Below, piece after piece: positions 8,137 through 15,899 of a stretch of DNA of 32,000 nt. The notes under the pieces were generated by a model. That model ran no database searches. It was not told where the DNA came from and saw only the letters and a list, made by a program, of their open reading frames with translations. Source of the stretch: Zymomonas mobilis subsp. mobilis ATCC 10988 (GTDB lineage: Bacteria > Pseudomonadota > Alphaproteobacteria > Sphingomonadales > Sphingomonadaceae). The position numbers were made by a program, and so were the translations under genes. The stretch spans positions 1,590,001 to 1,622,000 of the forward strand of contig NC_017262.1 in NCBI RefSeq assembly GCF_000175255.2, given 5' to 3'. Every line of letters begins with the position of its first letter. The first letter of the stretch is position 1.

Positions 8137-9492
8137 TTAAAGACCCAATGCCTGAAGACCAAAGGTGAGGATCAGGGCTGCAATCGAAGCGATGGTGACA
8201 GAAACCGTCCAGGTCTTGAAGGTCTGGCTGACCGTCATATTCAGATATTCTTTTAACAGCCAGAAAGCACCGTCATTGACGTGAGACAGAATAGACGAAC
8301 CGGCACCGATCGAAAGAACCAGCAATTCAGGGCTGTGGAAGCCCGGGGTGCTGAAGATGATCGGGGCTAACATACCGCCGGACATCGACATTGCCACCGT
8401 CTGTGAACCGGTTGCAACGCGGATAACCGCCGCAATGATAAAGCCGAGCATAATCGGGGACAGATGCATGACGTGAGACAGATCGGCCATGGCGTTACTG
8501 ACACCGGCGCGATACAGAATTTCACTAAATCCGCCACCAGCACCGATCAGCAACAGAATGCCAGCCGTCGGGCCCAAGCAGTCATTGGTGAATTTCAGAA
8601 GATCAGCACTGCTGAAACCACGCCAGAAACCCAAGGTGACCATGCTGACCAGCAAAGCGATAAGCAAGGAAACAACCGGATCACCCATAAAGTTCATGAA
8701 AGCGCGAACGTTGTTACCGTGGGGCAGGAAGATATTGGCGCCGCTGGAAAAAACCATCAGCAAAACAGGAAGCAAAATCGAGAAAATCGTCAGCCAGAAA
8801 CCCGGCAAATTTTTATCCTGATCGCTGCTACCTTCAAGACTTTCTGCAAATGGGTTGTGGGCAGGCAGCTGAATGCGAGGCGTAATCCAATTGCCGTAAA
8901 GCGGACCGGCAAGGATAGCGGCAGGGAAACCGACGATAAAACCGTAAAGAATGGTTTTACCCACATCAGCATGGAGCATTTCAACGCATTGCATTGAACC
9001 CGGATGCGGAGGCAGCAAACCATGAACGGTCGCCAAACCGGCACAAAGCGGAATGGTTAATTTGACAAGAGAAATCCCGCTGGCACGTCCTAAGGTAAAG
9101 ACGAGCGGAATCAACAGGATAAAGCCGACCTGATAGAAGATCGGAATACCCACGATAAAGGCAATGACCAGCATCGCCCAGTGGATAAGTTTGGGGCCAA
9201 AGATTTTGATCGTCGTCGTAGCGATACGTTCCGCACCACCAGACTCAGCCAAGATCTTACCAAGCATGGTGCCGAGTGCGATAACACTCGCTGTGGAACC
9301 GATACCGGAACCAAGACCATCTTGAAAGGCCGACAAAACTTTGGTTAAGGGCATGCCCGTTACGGCACCCATACCGATTGAAACTAAAATAAGGGAAACA
9401 AAAGGGTTTAGACGCCACTTTGCAATCATCAAAATAAGAATGATGATGGACGCCAATGCATATAAAAGGAGCATTGTTCCATTAGAGTGCAT
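8137..9492 (-). CDS. gntP: GntP-family gluconate:H+ permease
   Basis: 451 aa, polytopic, G/A/I/L-rich. Typical GntP-family length and N terminus. Immediately upstream of gntK on the same strand. Confidence 0.88.
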   Translation of the reverse strand: MHSNGTMLLLYALASIIILILMIAKWRLNPFVSLILVSIGMGAVTGMPLTKVLSAFQDGLGSGIGSTASVIALGTMLGKILAESGGAERIATTTIKIFGPKLIHWAMLVIAFIVGIPIFYQVGFILLIPLVFTLGRASGISLVKLTIPLCAGLATVHGLLPPHPGSMQCVEMLHADVGKTILYGFIVGFPAAILAGPLYGNWITPRIQLPAHNPFAESLEGSSDQDKNLPGFWLTIFSILLPVLLMVFSSGANIFLPHGNNVRAFMNFMGDPVVSLLIALLVSMVTLGFWRGFSSADLLKFTNDCLGPTAGILLLIGAGGGFSEILYRAGVSNAMADLSHVMHLSPIMLGFIIAAVIRVATGSQTVAMSMSGGMLAPIIFSTPGFHSPELLVLSIGAGSSILSHVNDGAFWLLKEYLNMTVSQTFKTWTVSVTIASIAALILTFGLQALGL

Positions 9493-9693
9493 GGTTACTC
9501 ATCCGTTCTTTTTTTGGTCAGGCCTTATGAAGACCTGACGCAAGATGCAGAAATTCCATCTATGGGAAAGCCAGCATTCAGTCTATTTTGCAAGAAAATA
9601 ATGAAATTTTTTAAAATTAATAATAATTTTTAACTGTCTCTCAAGTATCAATTCTCAATACTCTGTATTTAAAATTAAATTTATTTACTTCTT

Positions 9694-9711
9694 ATGTAAA
9701 AATTTTTACAT
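9694..9711. promoter_or_regulatory. Perfect 18-bp palindrome, candidate operator in the gntP/thyA divergent region
   Basis: atgtaaaaa|tttttacat is self-complementary over all 18 positions. It lies about 200 bp upstream of gntP and about 150 bp upstream of thyA. Confidence 0.3.
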
Positions 9712-9863
9712 TAAAATAATTTTTAATAAAAAACCATGTGTCGGTTTAATTTAATTTAACAATATATTTAAAATAGATATTTGTTTTTATTTTGTCTAAA
9801 ATAAGTAATTATAAAAAAATATCACTTATGTAATATTTTCTTTAAAGAAGAGGACAATACAAC

Positions 9864-10754
9864 TTGTCGGAACATCAATATCTTCGCCTCGTCTCGGATA
9901 TTCTGGAAAAAGGCGATCAGCGTCATGATCGCACCGGAGTCGGAACGCTGTCTTTGTTTGGTGCGATGATGCGGTTCGATCTTTCCAAAGGTCGGATACC
10001 GATTCTAACGACTAAAAAAGTATCTTATCGTTTGGCTATTCGCGAAATGCTGTGGTTTCTTTCCGGTGACACCAATATTCGACCTTTGGTTGAGCAAGGC
10101 GTTTCGATATGGAGCGATTGGCCATTGGCACGTTATCAGGCAGAAACTGGCGCGTTGCTTTCCAAGAAAGAATTTGAAGCAAAGATTCTTGCCGATACAG
10201 AATTTGCTAAAAAATGGGGCGATCTAGGCCCCGTCTATGGTCGGCAGTGGCGGCGATGGCAGGGGAGTGACGGGCAGGTTTATGACCAAATAGCGACCTT
10301 GATTGAAACTCTGAAAAGCAATCCCTCTAGTCGCCGGATGCTTTTCCACGGCTGGAATGTCGCTGAATTAAAAGATATGGCCTTGCCGCCTTGCCATATG
10401 GTCTATCAATATCATGTGACATCCGATGGTCGATTAAACAGTCTTCTTTATCAAAGAAGTGCGGATGTCTTTTTGGGGTTGCCTTTCAATTTGGTGGGTG
10501 CGGCAGCGTTGCAAGCGATGCTTGCTGATCAAGCTGGATTGGCTTTAGGCGATCTGGTGTGGACGGGCGGTGATGTTCATATCTATCGTAATCATATCGA
10601 CCAGATGAAAGAACAGCTTGCCCGTGAACCTCGGGCTTTTCCCCGTTTAGAATTAACGCGCCATCCCAACAGCATTACAGATTATAAAATCGAGGATTTT
10701 GCGATTACAGGATATGATCCTCATCCCCCTATCAAGGGCGCGGTTGCGGTTTGA
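9864..10754 (+). CDS. thyA: Thymidylate synthase ThyA
   Basis: DRTGVGTLSLFG, catalytic-Cys block LPPCHMVYQYHV and RSADVFLGLPFN are diagnostic. TTG start at 9864, with gaagagga about 10 nt upstream. 296 aa, with an insertion relative to the 264-aa E. coli enzyme. Confidence 0.95.
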   Translation: MSEHQYLRLVSDILEKGDQRHDRTGVGTLSLFGAMMRFDLSKGRIPILTTKKVSYRLAIREMLWFLSGDTNIRPLVEQGVSIWSDWPLARYQAETGALLSKKEFEAKILADTEFAKKWGDLGPVYGRQWRRWQGSDGQVYDQIATLIETLKSNPSSRRMLFHGWNVAELKDMALPPCHMVYQYHVTSDGRLNSLLYQRSADVFLGLPFNLVGAAALQAMLADQAGLALGDLVWTGGDVHIYRNHIDQMKEQLAREPRAFPRLELTRHPNSITDYKIEDFAITGYDPHPPIKGAVAV

Positions 10755-11054
10755 TTATGCAGTATTTTTAAAAAATTTTAGACGGTGGAACCAATATCTT
10801 TCGAGCTCGTTGATTAAGTAATTGATGTAAAATTAATCAACTTATTATTCCTTATTTGGAATAATGGGCTTTGGCTTAAAAAGTAATTTAACTGCATATT
10901 GCAACTAATTTCTCTTTAAAAATGGAGTAATTTAGCTGTTATTTAAAATAAATGCAGATCATTTCACAAAAATGAGAAAAAATTAAGGATGAGTCCTTCT
11001 TTGTAAAAAGGAGGACTGTCCTAAGCTGAAGTAATAAGAAAGGTAGGCTCTTTT

Positions 11055-12431
11055 ATGGCATATGAATCTGTCAATCCCGCCACTGGCGAAACCGTCAAAA
11101 AATATCCTGATTTTTCTGATAAACAGGTTAAAGATTCCGTTGATCGGGCAGCGACTGTCTTCAAAAATGACTGGAGCCAGCGGACGATCGCGGAACGGAG
11201 CAAGGTGCTTCATAAGGCTGCTGAAATCTTCCGTTCCGATGTGGATAAATATGCCAAGCTCCTGACTATCGACATGGGTAAAAAGATTGCTGAAGCCCGT
11301 GGCGAGGTCAAATTATCGGCTGATATCCTTGATTATTACGCCAAAAACGGCGAAAAATTTCTGGCACCTCAAAAAGTTGAAGAAAAACCGGGTGCGGTCG
11401 TCAAAGCCTTTCCTCTCGGATTGCTTCTGGCCATTGAGCCTTGGAACTTCCCTTATTATCAGCTTGCCCGTATCGCGGGACCGTATCTGATCGCGGGGAA
11501 TGCGCTTCTTGTGAAACATTCCTCTTCAGTGCCTCAAAGCGCCCATGCTTTTGAAGCCGTTTTGGAAGAAGCGGGCGCGCCCAAGGGTATTTATACCAAT
11601 CTTGATGCCTCACCAGATCAGGTCAGCCAGATTATCGAAGATCCTCGGGTGCGTGGTGTGACCGTAACCGGTAGTGCTTCGGTTGGGGCTGAATTGGCCG
11701 CCAAAGCCGGTAAGATGTGGAAAAAATCGGTCATGGAGCTGGGCGGTAGTGATGCTTTCATTGTTCTTGACGGTGTCGATATAGATGACAAGCTGATTGA
11801 TAAGGCTGCCTATGGACGGTTGTTTAACGCAGGGCAGGTTTGCTGCGCTGCCAAGCGTTTTATTATCGTTGGGCAAAAACGCGCCGAACTTTTCACTGAA
11901 AAGCTGAAGCAGCGCTTTGAAGCTCTGAAAATTGGTGATCCCATGGATGAATCTACCGATTTGGGGCCTTTGTCATCGGTTGGCGCACGAGATCAGGTTG
12001 TTAAGCAGGTCGAAAAAGCGGTTCAAAATGGCGCAAAGCTCGTTTGTGGCGGGAAGGCGATTGAAGGCAAGGGTGCCTTTATGAAGGCTGGCATCCTGAC
12101 CGATATCAAGCGCGAGAATCCAGCCTATTTTGAAGAATTCTTTGGCCCTATTGCCCAGATTTATGCGGTAAAAGATGAGGCTGAAGCTATCGAGCTTGCC
12201 AATGACTCTCCTTATGGCTTGGGCGGTGCCGTTTTTGCGCCTGATGTGGAGCAGGGACGCAAAGTGGCAGAGCAAATTGAAACCGGCATGGTGGCGATCA
12301 ACAAGCCCTTGTGGACTGCGCCTGAACTGCCTTTCGGTGGGGTCAAACATTCCGGCTATGGTCGTGAATTATCCCATTTCGGCATTCAGGAATTTATCAA
12401 CTGGAAATTGATAGACGCTTCTGCTGCCTAA
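11055..12431 (+). CDS. NAD(P)+-dependent succinate-semialdehyde/aldehyde dehydrogenase (Sad/YneI-type)
   Basis: ALDH superfamily. MELGGSDAF (catalytic Glu), AGQVCCAAKRF (catalytic Cys), EPWNFPYYQ. It aligns along its whole length with E. coli YneI as I remember it. An in-frame TAA at 11022-11024 excludes an upstream start. Confidence 0.85.
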   Translation: MAYESVNPATGETVKKYPDFSDKQVKDSVDRAATVFKNDWSQRTIAERSKVLHKAAEIFRSDVDKYAKLLTIDMGKKIAEARGEVKLSADILDYYAKNGEKFLAPQKVEEKPGAVVKAFPLGLLLAIEPWNFPYYQLARIAGPYLIAGNALLVKHSSSVPQSAHAFEAVLEEAGAPKGIYTNLDASPDQVSQIIEDPRVRGVTVTGSASVGAELAAKAGKMWKKSVMELGGSDAFIVLDGVDIDDKLIDKAAYGRLFNAGQVCCAAKRFIIVGQKRAELFTEKLKQRFEALKIGDPMDESTDLGPLSSVGARDQVVKQVEKAVQNGAKLVCGGKAIEGKGAFMKAGILTDIKRENPAYFEEFFGPIAQIYAVKDEAEAIELANDSPYGLGGAVFAPDVEQGRKVAEQIETGMVAINKPLWTAPELPFGGVKHSGYGRELSHFGIQEFINWKLIDASAA

Positions 12432-12466
12432 AAATTTCTTAAAATCCGTTTTAAGCGGAAAAGATA

Positions 12467-12497
12467 AAAGCCGGTCTGAAATTCAGATCGGCTTTTA
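12467..12497 (+). terminator. Rho-independent terminator after the aldehyde dehydrogenase gene
   Basis: gccggtctgaa (12470-12480) pairs with ttcagatcggc (12482-12492) with one G-U pair, followed by tttt. Confidence 0.6.
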
Positions 12498-12512
12498 TTG
12501 TTTAGTCTATCT

Positions 12513-12545
12513 AAAAAAACAGGCCATCGAGAGATGACCTGTTTT
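12513..12545 (-). terminator. Rho-independent terminator after fpr (minus strand)
   Basis: On the minus strand: caggtcatc/gatggcctg stem (12520-12528 / 12533-12541, one mismatch), loop of 4, followed by seven U (complement of aaaaaaa at 12513-12519). Confidence 0.55.
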
Positions 12546-12569
12546 AAATTTGAATTTTGGCTTTAGGCC

Positions 12570-13397
12570 TTAGTCAACAAAAGCTCGCTCGATTACGAAA
12601 TCACCGGGTTCGCTGTTAGAGCCTTCTTTGAATCCCTGTTCATTGAGGTATTTTTCAAAGTCCTTAATCATGTCCATGCTACCACAAAGCATCAGGCGGT
12701 CTGTCGCTGGATCAAGCTTTTTCGGCAGACCAATCCGATCGGTGAATAAGGAACCATCCTCAATCATGGTATTGATGCGGCTAGTGCGCTCAAATTCTTC
12801 TCGGGTAACGGTTGGAATATAGGTGAATTGTTCTGCGGCTTCTTCGGAGACCAGCGGATCATCCGCAATCTGGTTTACCAGATCATCATAATAGGCAAGG
12901 TCGCTTACTCTGCGGACGCTGTGAACCAGAATGATTTTTTCAAAGCGATCGTAAATATCTGGATCGCGAATAATGCTTAAGAAGGGCGCAAGGCCGGTGC
13001 CTGTTGCTAACAGGAAAAGCCGCTTACCGGGTAAAAGGGTGTCTGCAACCAAGGTGCCAGTCGGTTTGCGTCCCAGATAAATTTCATCCCCTTCTTTAAT
13101 TTTTTGAAGGTGAGAGGTCAGGGGGCCATTTTCGACTTTGATAGAAAGAAATTCTAATTCTTCCGCATAGGAAGGGCTGGCGACAGAATAAGCGCGTAAA
13201 AGCGGCTTTTTACTTTCACCGGGTAAACCGATCATCACGAATTCACCGGAACGGAAGCGGAAGCTGCTGGGTCTTGAAATAGTAAAACTAAAAAGTCTGT
13301 CATTCCAATGTTTGACCCATTGAACTTTTTCAACCGTCAGGACTTTATTCGGCTGTAATCCCGTGGTTTCGTCTAAGATTTCAGCGAATTCGCTCAT
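12570..13397 (-). CDS. fpr: Ferredoxin/flavodoxin-NADP+ reductase (bacterial Fpr type)
   Basis: FAD-binding RAYSVAS, NADP-binding LLATGTGLAPF, C-terminal ...FVIERAFVD. 275 aa. Confidence 0.85.
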   Translation of the reverse strand: MSEFAEILDETTGLQPNKVLTVEKVQWVKHWNDRLFSFTISRPSSFRFRSGEFVMIGLPGESKKPLLRAYSVASPSYAEELEFLSIKVENGPLTSHLQKIKEGDEIYLGRKPTGTLVADTLLPGKRLFLLATGTGLAPFLSIIRDPDIYDRFEKIILVHSVRRVSDLAYYDDLVNQIADDPLVSEEAAEQFTYIPTVTREEFERTSRINTMIEDGSLFTDRIGLPKKLDPATDRLMLCGSMDMIKDFEKYLNEQGFKEGSNSEPGDFVIERAFVD

Positions 13398-13731
13398 TTT
13401 CTTTCCTTAATAATCCGATTAAATTAGCTATTTCCGTTTGTGATAATAAATATATTTGTGAAGAACATATTCTATCTATAACGGAAATATTAAGGTTATG
13501 ATCCTTTATTGTTCCATTCTTTCAAAAATTATTTTTGAGTGGAAAATAGAACAACCCGTTATTGAAGTTTATTCAAAATTATGTTTTTTATGACTTGTCA
13601 TTATAATTGTGAGCAAAAATGCCCATTTAATCATTAAGAGACAAGCTAGTTTTTGCGAATAAATCTCAATAATAGTTATTGATAAAAACGATCAATTGCC
13701 TTTTATTTTGTGAAAATCGGAAAAGGAATGA

Positions 13732-14013
13732 CTATTTCTTTTTAGATTTTGCGCTATGGCCAGCGGCCAAAGACGAATGGTTGCTTTCTGAATCCAGTGC
13801 CGCATTTTCAGGTATTTTTAAATTGTCAGACGGCACATCTTCAATATCGATATTACTCGTATTTTCGTCATCATCGGCGGCGATTTCGTCAGCATTCGCC
13901 ATTTCCTGATTTTGATCAGGTAATACCCGATTGGATGGGTGATGGCATGCCCCCAAAATGAGGAAGGACGCTGCAATAGCTAATGGCTTAAGAATGCGGA
14001 CAGGGATGAGCAT
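13732..14013 (-). CDS. Small acidic orphan lipoprotein ending in KSKKK
   Basis: Lipobox FLILGACHH. SD aaggag 5-6 nt upstream of the ATG at 14013. The mature part is D/E/N-rich and probably disordered. No family recognised. Confidence 0.55.
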   Translation of the reverse strand: MLIPVRILKPLAIAASFLILGACHHPSNRVLPDQNQEMANADEIAADDDENTSNIDIEDVPSDNLKIPENAALDSESNHSSLAAGHSAKSKKK

Positions 14014-14115
14014 ATTTCTCCTTTCTGGAGAGACTATGTTCTACGAATTACCCCGCTACCGCAACAAAAAGGCGGTGAATAGAAAGGGTTTTGGGGATTT
14101 CCTACCAAAATTTAC

Positions 14116-14152
14116 AAAAAAAAGGCCGTTTTTCAAAAAAACGGCCTTTTTT
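14116..14152. terminator. Bidirectional terminator downstream of the 14191-14433 lipoprotein gene
   Basis: A-run 14116-14123, ggccg (14124-14128) ... cggcc (14142-14146), with flanking T/A tracts that extend the stem, and a T-run at 14147-14152. Confidence 0.6.
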
Positions 14153-14190
14153 AAAAACAGCTGCGGGAAAAACCGCGCTATTACGAAAAA

Positions 14191-14433
14191 TTATTTTTCG
14201 GTTTTGGTGGTTTTCGTCGTAGTGACGTGAACGCTGGTGGAGTTAGCAACACCATTTTCAACGACCGCATTGTCAACAGCAGCATTGGTGTCCAAGATAG
14301 CTTCGTTATCAGCGCCATTGGTGTCGATGACGACACTGCTGTTTTCGGTGGCTGTTTCATTGGCAGGCTTCGAGCAAGCTGACAGACCGATAGAAGCAGC
14401 AGCAACGAGTGACAGGGCGATAATCTTCTTCAT
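14191..14433 (-). CDS. Small acidic orphan lipoprotein ending in KTTKTEK
   Basis: I start it at the ATG at 14433 (MKKIIALSLVAAASIGLSACSK, a textbook lipoprotein signal) rather than the GTG at 14478. The mature part is N/D/T/V-rich low complexity. Confidence 0.6.
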   Translation of the reverse strand: MKKIIALSLVAAASIGLSACSKPANETATENSSVVIDTNGADNEAILDTNAAVDNAVVENGVANSTSVHVTTTKTTKTEK

Positions 14434-15404
14434 AATAAGGTTAACCTTTTGAATGTAATGCAAACCTGAAAAAAGCACTATATTGTGTTTATTTTATTTA
14501 TTCAGCCTGTTTCCTGTAGAAACCTGCATTTTGCTCTTTAGCGAAAACTATAGCTTTCCGCAATGAAAAAGCCTTTATAGGCGATAGGAGAACAAACTGA
14601 AATAAAATATACTTACTATATTTTCTTATGAAAGGGGCAACCTTTTTTCAATATTTTAATCCAGCTTAATAAATATTGTAAATGATTTCATGGGTTGCTC
14701 AAACTTTAATAAAATAATATTTTTATGATTTAAAATAACAATTTAAAATTATTAAAATGCATAATATTTTTTGTTTATTTTGTTTTTTCTACCCTTTTTA
14801 AATATTCAAAAATAATATTTTTAAAATGGATGGTTTTTATTATTTTTATTTAAAGCTGTTTTGTCAGCCATGATTGTCTATTTTGTGGGATGGTACAAAA
14901 CACTTTTCACCTGACAAGGGAAATATTTTTTAGCGGTTCAAATCTGGGTAAAAAATAATAGGACGCTATAAAAAAAGAGCGCATTTTTTAGAAAAATTAA
15001 TAACCCTATTTAGATGTAAAATATTTTTGACTATATTCTAGGATAAAGAGAAACGATATTTTAACCCTAAAAATATCAATAAAATAATTTTATACTATTT
15101 TATGAATAAAGTAATGATCTGATTCTATCCAAGAATAAACCATATTCATATAAATGAAGAAATATCTATAAATTTTTATTTATCGTCTTCACTAAAAATT
15201 TATGGAAAATTTATTTGTTAAAAAGAAGATATATCCTCTTTCTCTTTTAAAAGATTATATGTTGCATAATAACAGGAACAAAGCTGTAAATATGAACGTT
15301 AATAGCGTTTATAAAATGAGACCGCGAAGAACATCAACATCTATGCTCTGAAATTAAACAATATCTAATTAAGCAATATCTGTTGCTTGAAGGAATATAA
15401 AATC

Positions 15405-15752
15405 ATGAAAAAAATGCTGCTATTCTTTACCTTTTTACTCCCCACTTACTGTTTGGCTGCACCAACAGAAGACATAAATGTAAAAAATAACAGTAATTTT
15501 GAAATTAAACTGCCCTCTAATCCGACGACAGGCTTTGGTTGGATGGTAAAAACTATTCCCGACAATGTTATTTTAACAGGGATGAGTTATAAACAGTCGG
15601 ATAATTGCAATGGTGCCGATGGTTGTGGGGGTGAAGAGACGCTCTTCTTCAAAGCCCTTAAAAAAGGGAAGGGTAATATCATTTTGAAATACGGTCGCCC
15701 TTTTGAAAAAATTCCTGCAAAATCGACGATTAAGACCGTATTCGTGAAATAG
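15405..15752 (+). CDS. Secreted chagasin-family (MEROPS I42) cysteine-peptidase inhibitor
   Basis: The NPTTGFGW motif is the chagasin/ICP signature loop. Signal peptide MKKMLLFFTFLLPTYCLAAP. About 115 aa, as expected for the Ig-like fold. ATG at 15405 has aggaa 9 nt upstream, so I prefer it to the TTG at 15387. Confidence 0.7.
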   Translation: MKKMLLFFTFLLPTYCLAAPTEDINVKNNSNFEIKLPSNPTTGFGWMVKTIPDNVILTGMSYKQSDNCNGADGCGGEETLFFKALKKGKGNIILKYGRPFEKIPAKSTIKTVFVK

Positions 15753-15793
15753 ATATTTTCTGTTCTGAATTATGTTGTCAGATTTTCACCAAT

Positions 15794-15829
15794 CCTCTCT
15801 GCTATAATAATCAATCTAGCCTAGAGAGG
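15794..15829 (+). terminator. Possible terminator hairpin after the inhibitor gene
   Basis: cctctctgcta ... tagc(ct)agagagg stem with a 2-nt bulge, followed by a T-rich stretch. The geometry is imperfect. Confidence 0.3.
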
Positions 15830-15899
15830 GGTGATTTCTGTGCTTTGTTCATTCTACGAAAAATGTATTTGATTTTAGCCCTTAAAAAAACCTTCTGAT

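Noticed and set aside
8464-8997. 177-aa plus-strand ORF (and 8489-8821, 8790-9044, 9111-9320) inside gntP
   Set aside because: These are antisense or off-frame to a full-length GntP permease. Their products are low-complexity (Q/R/T-rich) with no recognisable motifs, which is typical of shadow ORFs.
9601-9860. Similarity between AT-rich spacers (e.g. atatttaaaatagata near 9770 and atatttttaaaatatagata near 31255) as a dispersed repeat family
   Set aside because: The matches are short, imperfect and made of low-complexity A/T sequence. They are indistinguishable by eye from chance similarity in AT-rich DNA.
9864-10754. thyA lacking an adjacent folA, as a sign of an unusual folate arrangement
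   Set aside because: thyA and folA are frequently unlinked. Absence from a 32-kb window says nothing about the genome.
13679-14230. Plus-strand ORFs 13679-13909, 13749-13961 and 13958-14230
   Set aside because: They are antisense to the small lipoprotein gene or run through the bidirectional terminator. The minus-strand reading gives a proper SD plus a lipoprotein signal, whereas these give none.
15292-15351. 19-codon ORF (MNVNSVYKMRPRRTSTSML) in a slightly GC-richer patch just upstream of the inhibitor gene, possible leader peptide
   Set aside because: It has no Shine-Dalgarno and no recognisable attenuator structure after it. ORFs of this size arise by chance, and there is not enough evidence to call it.
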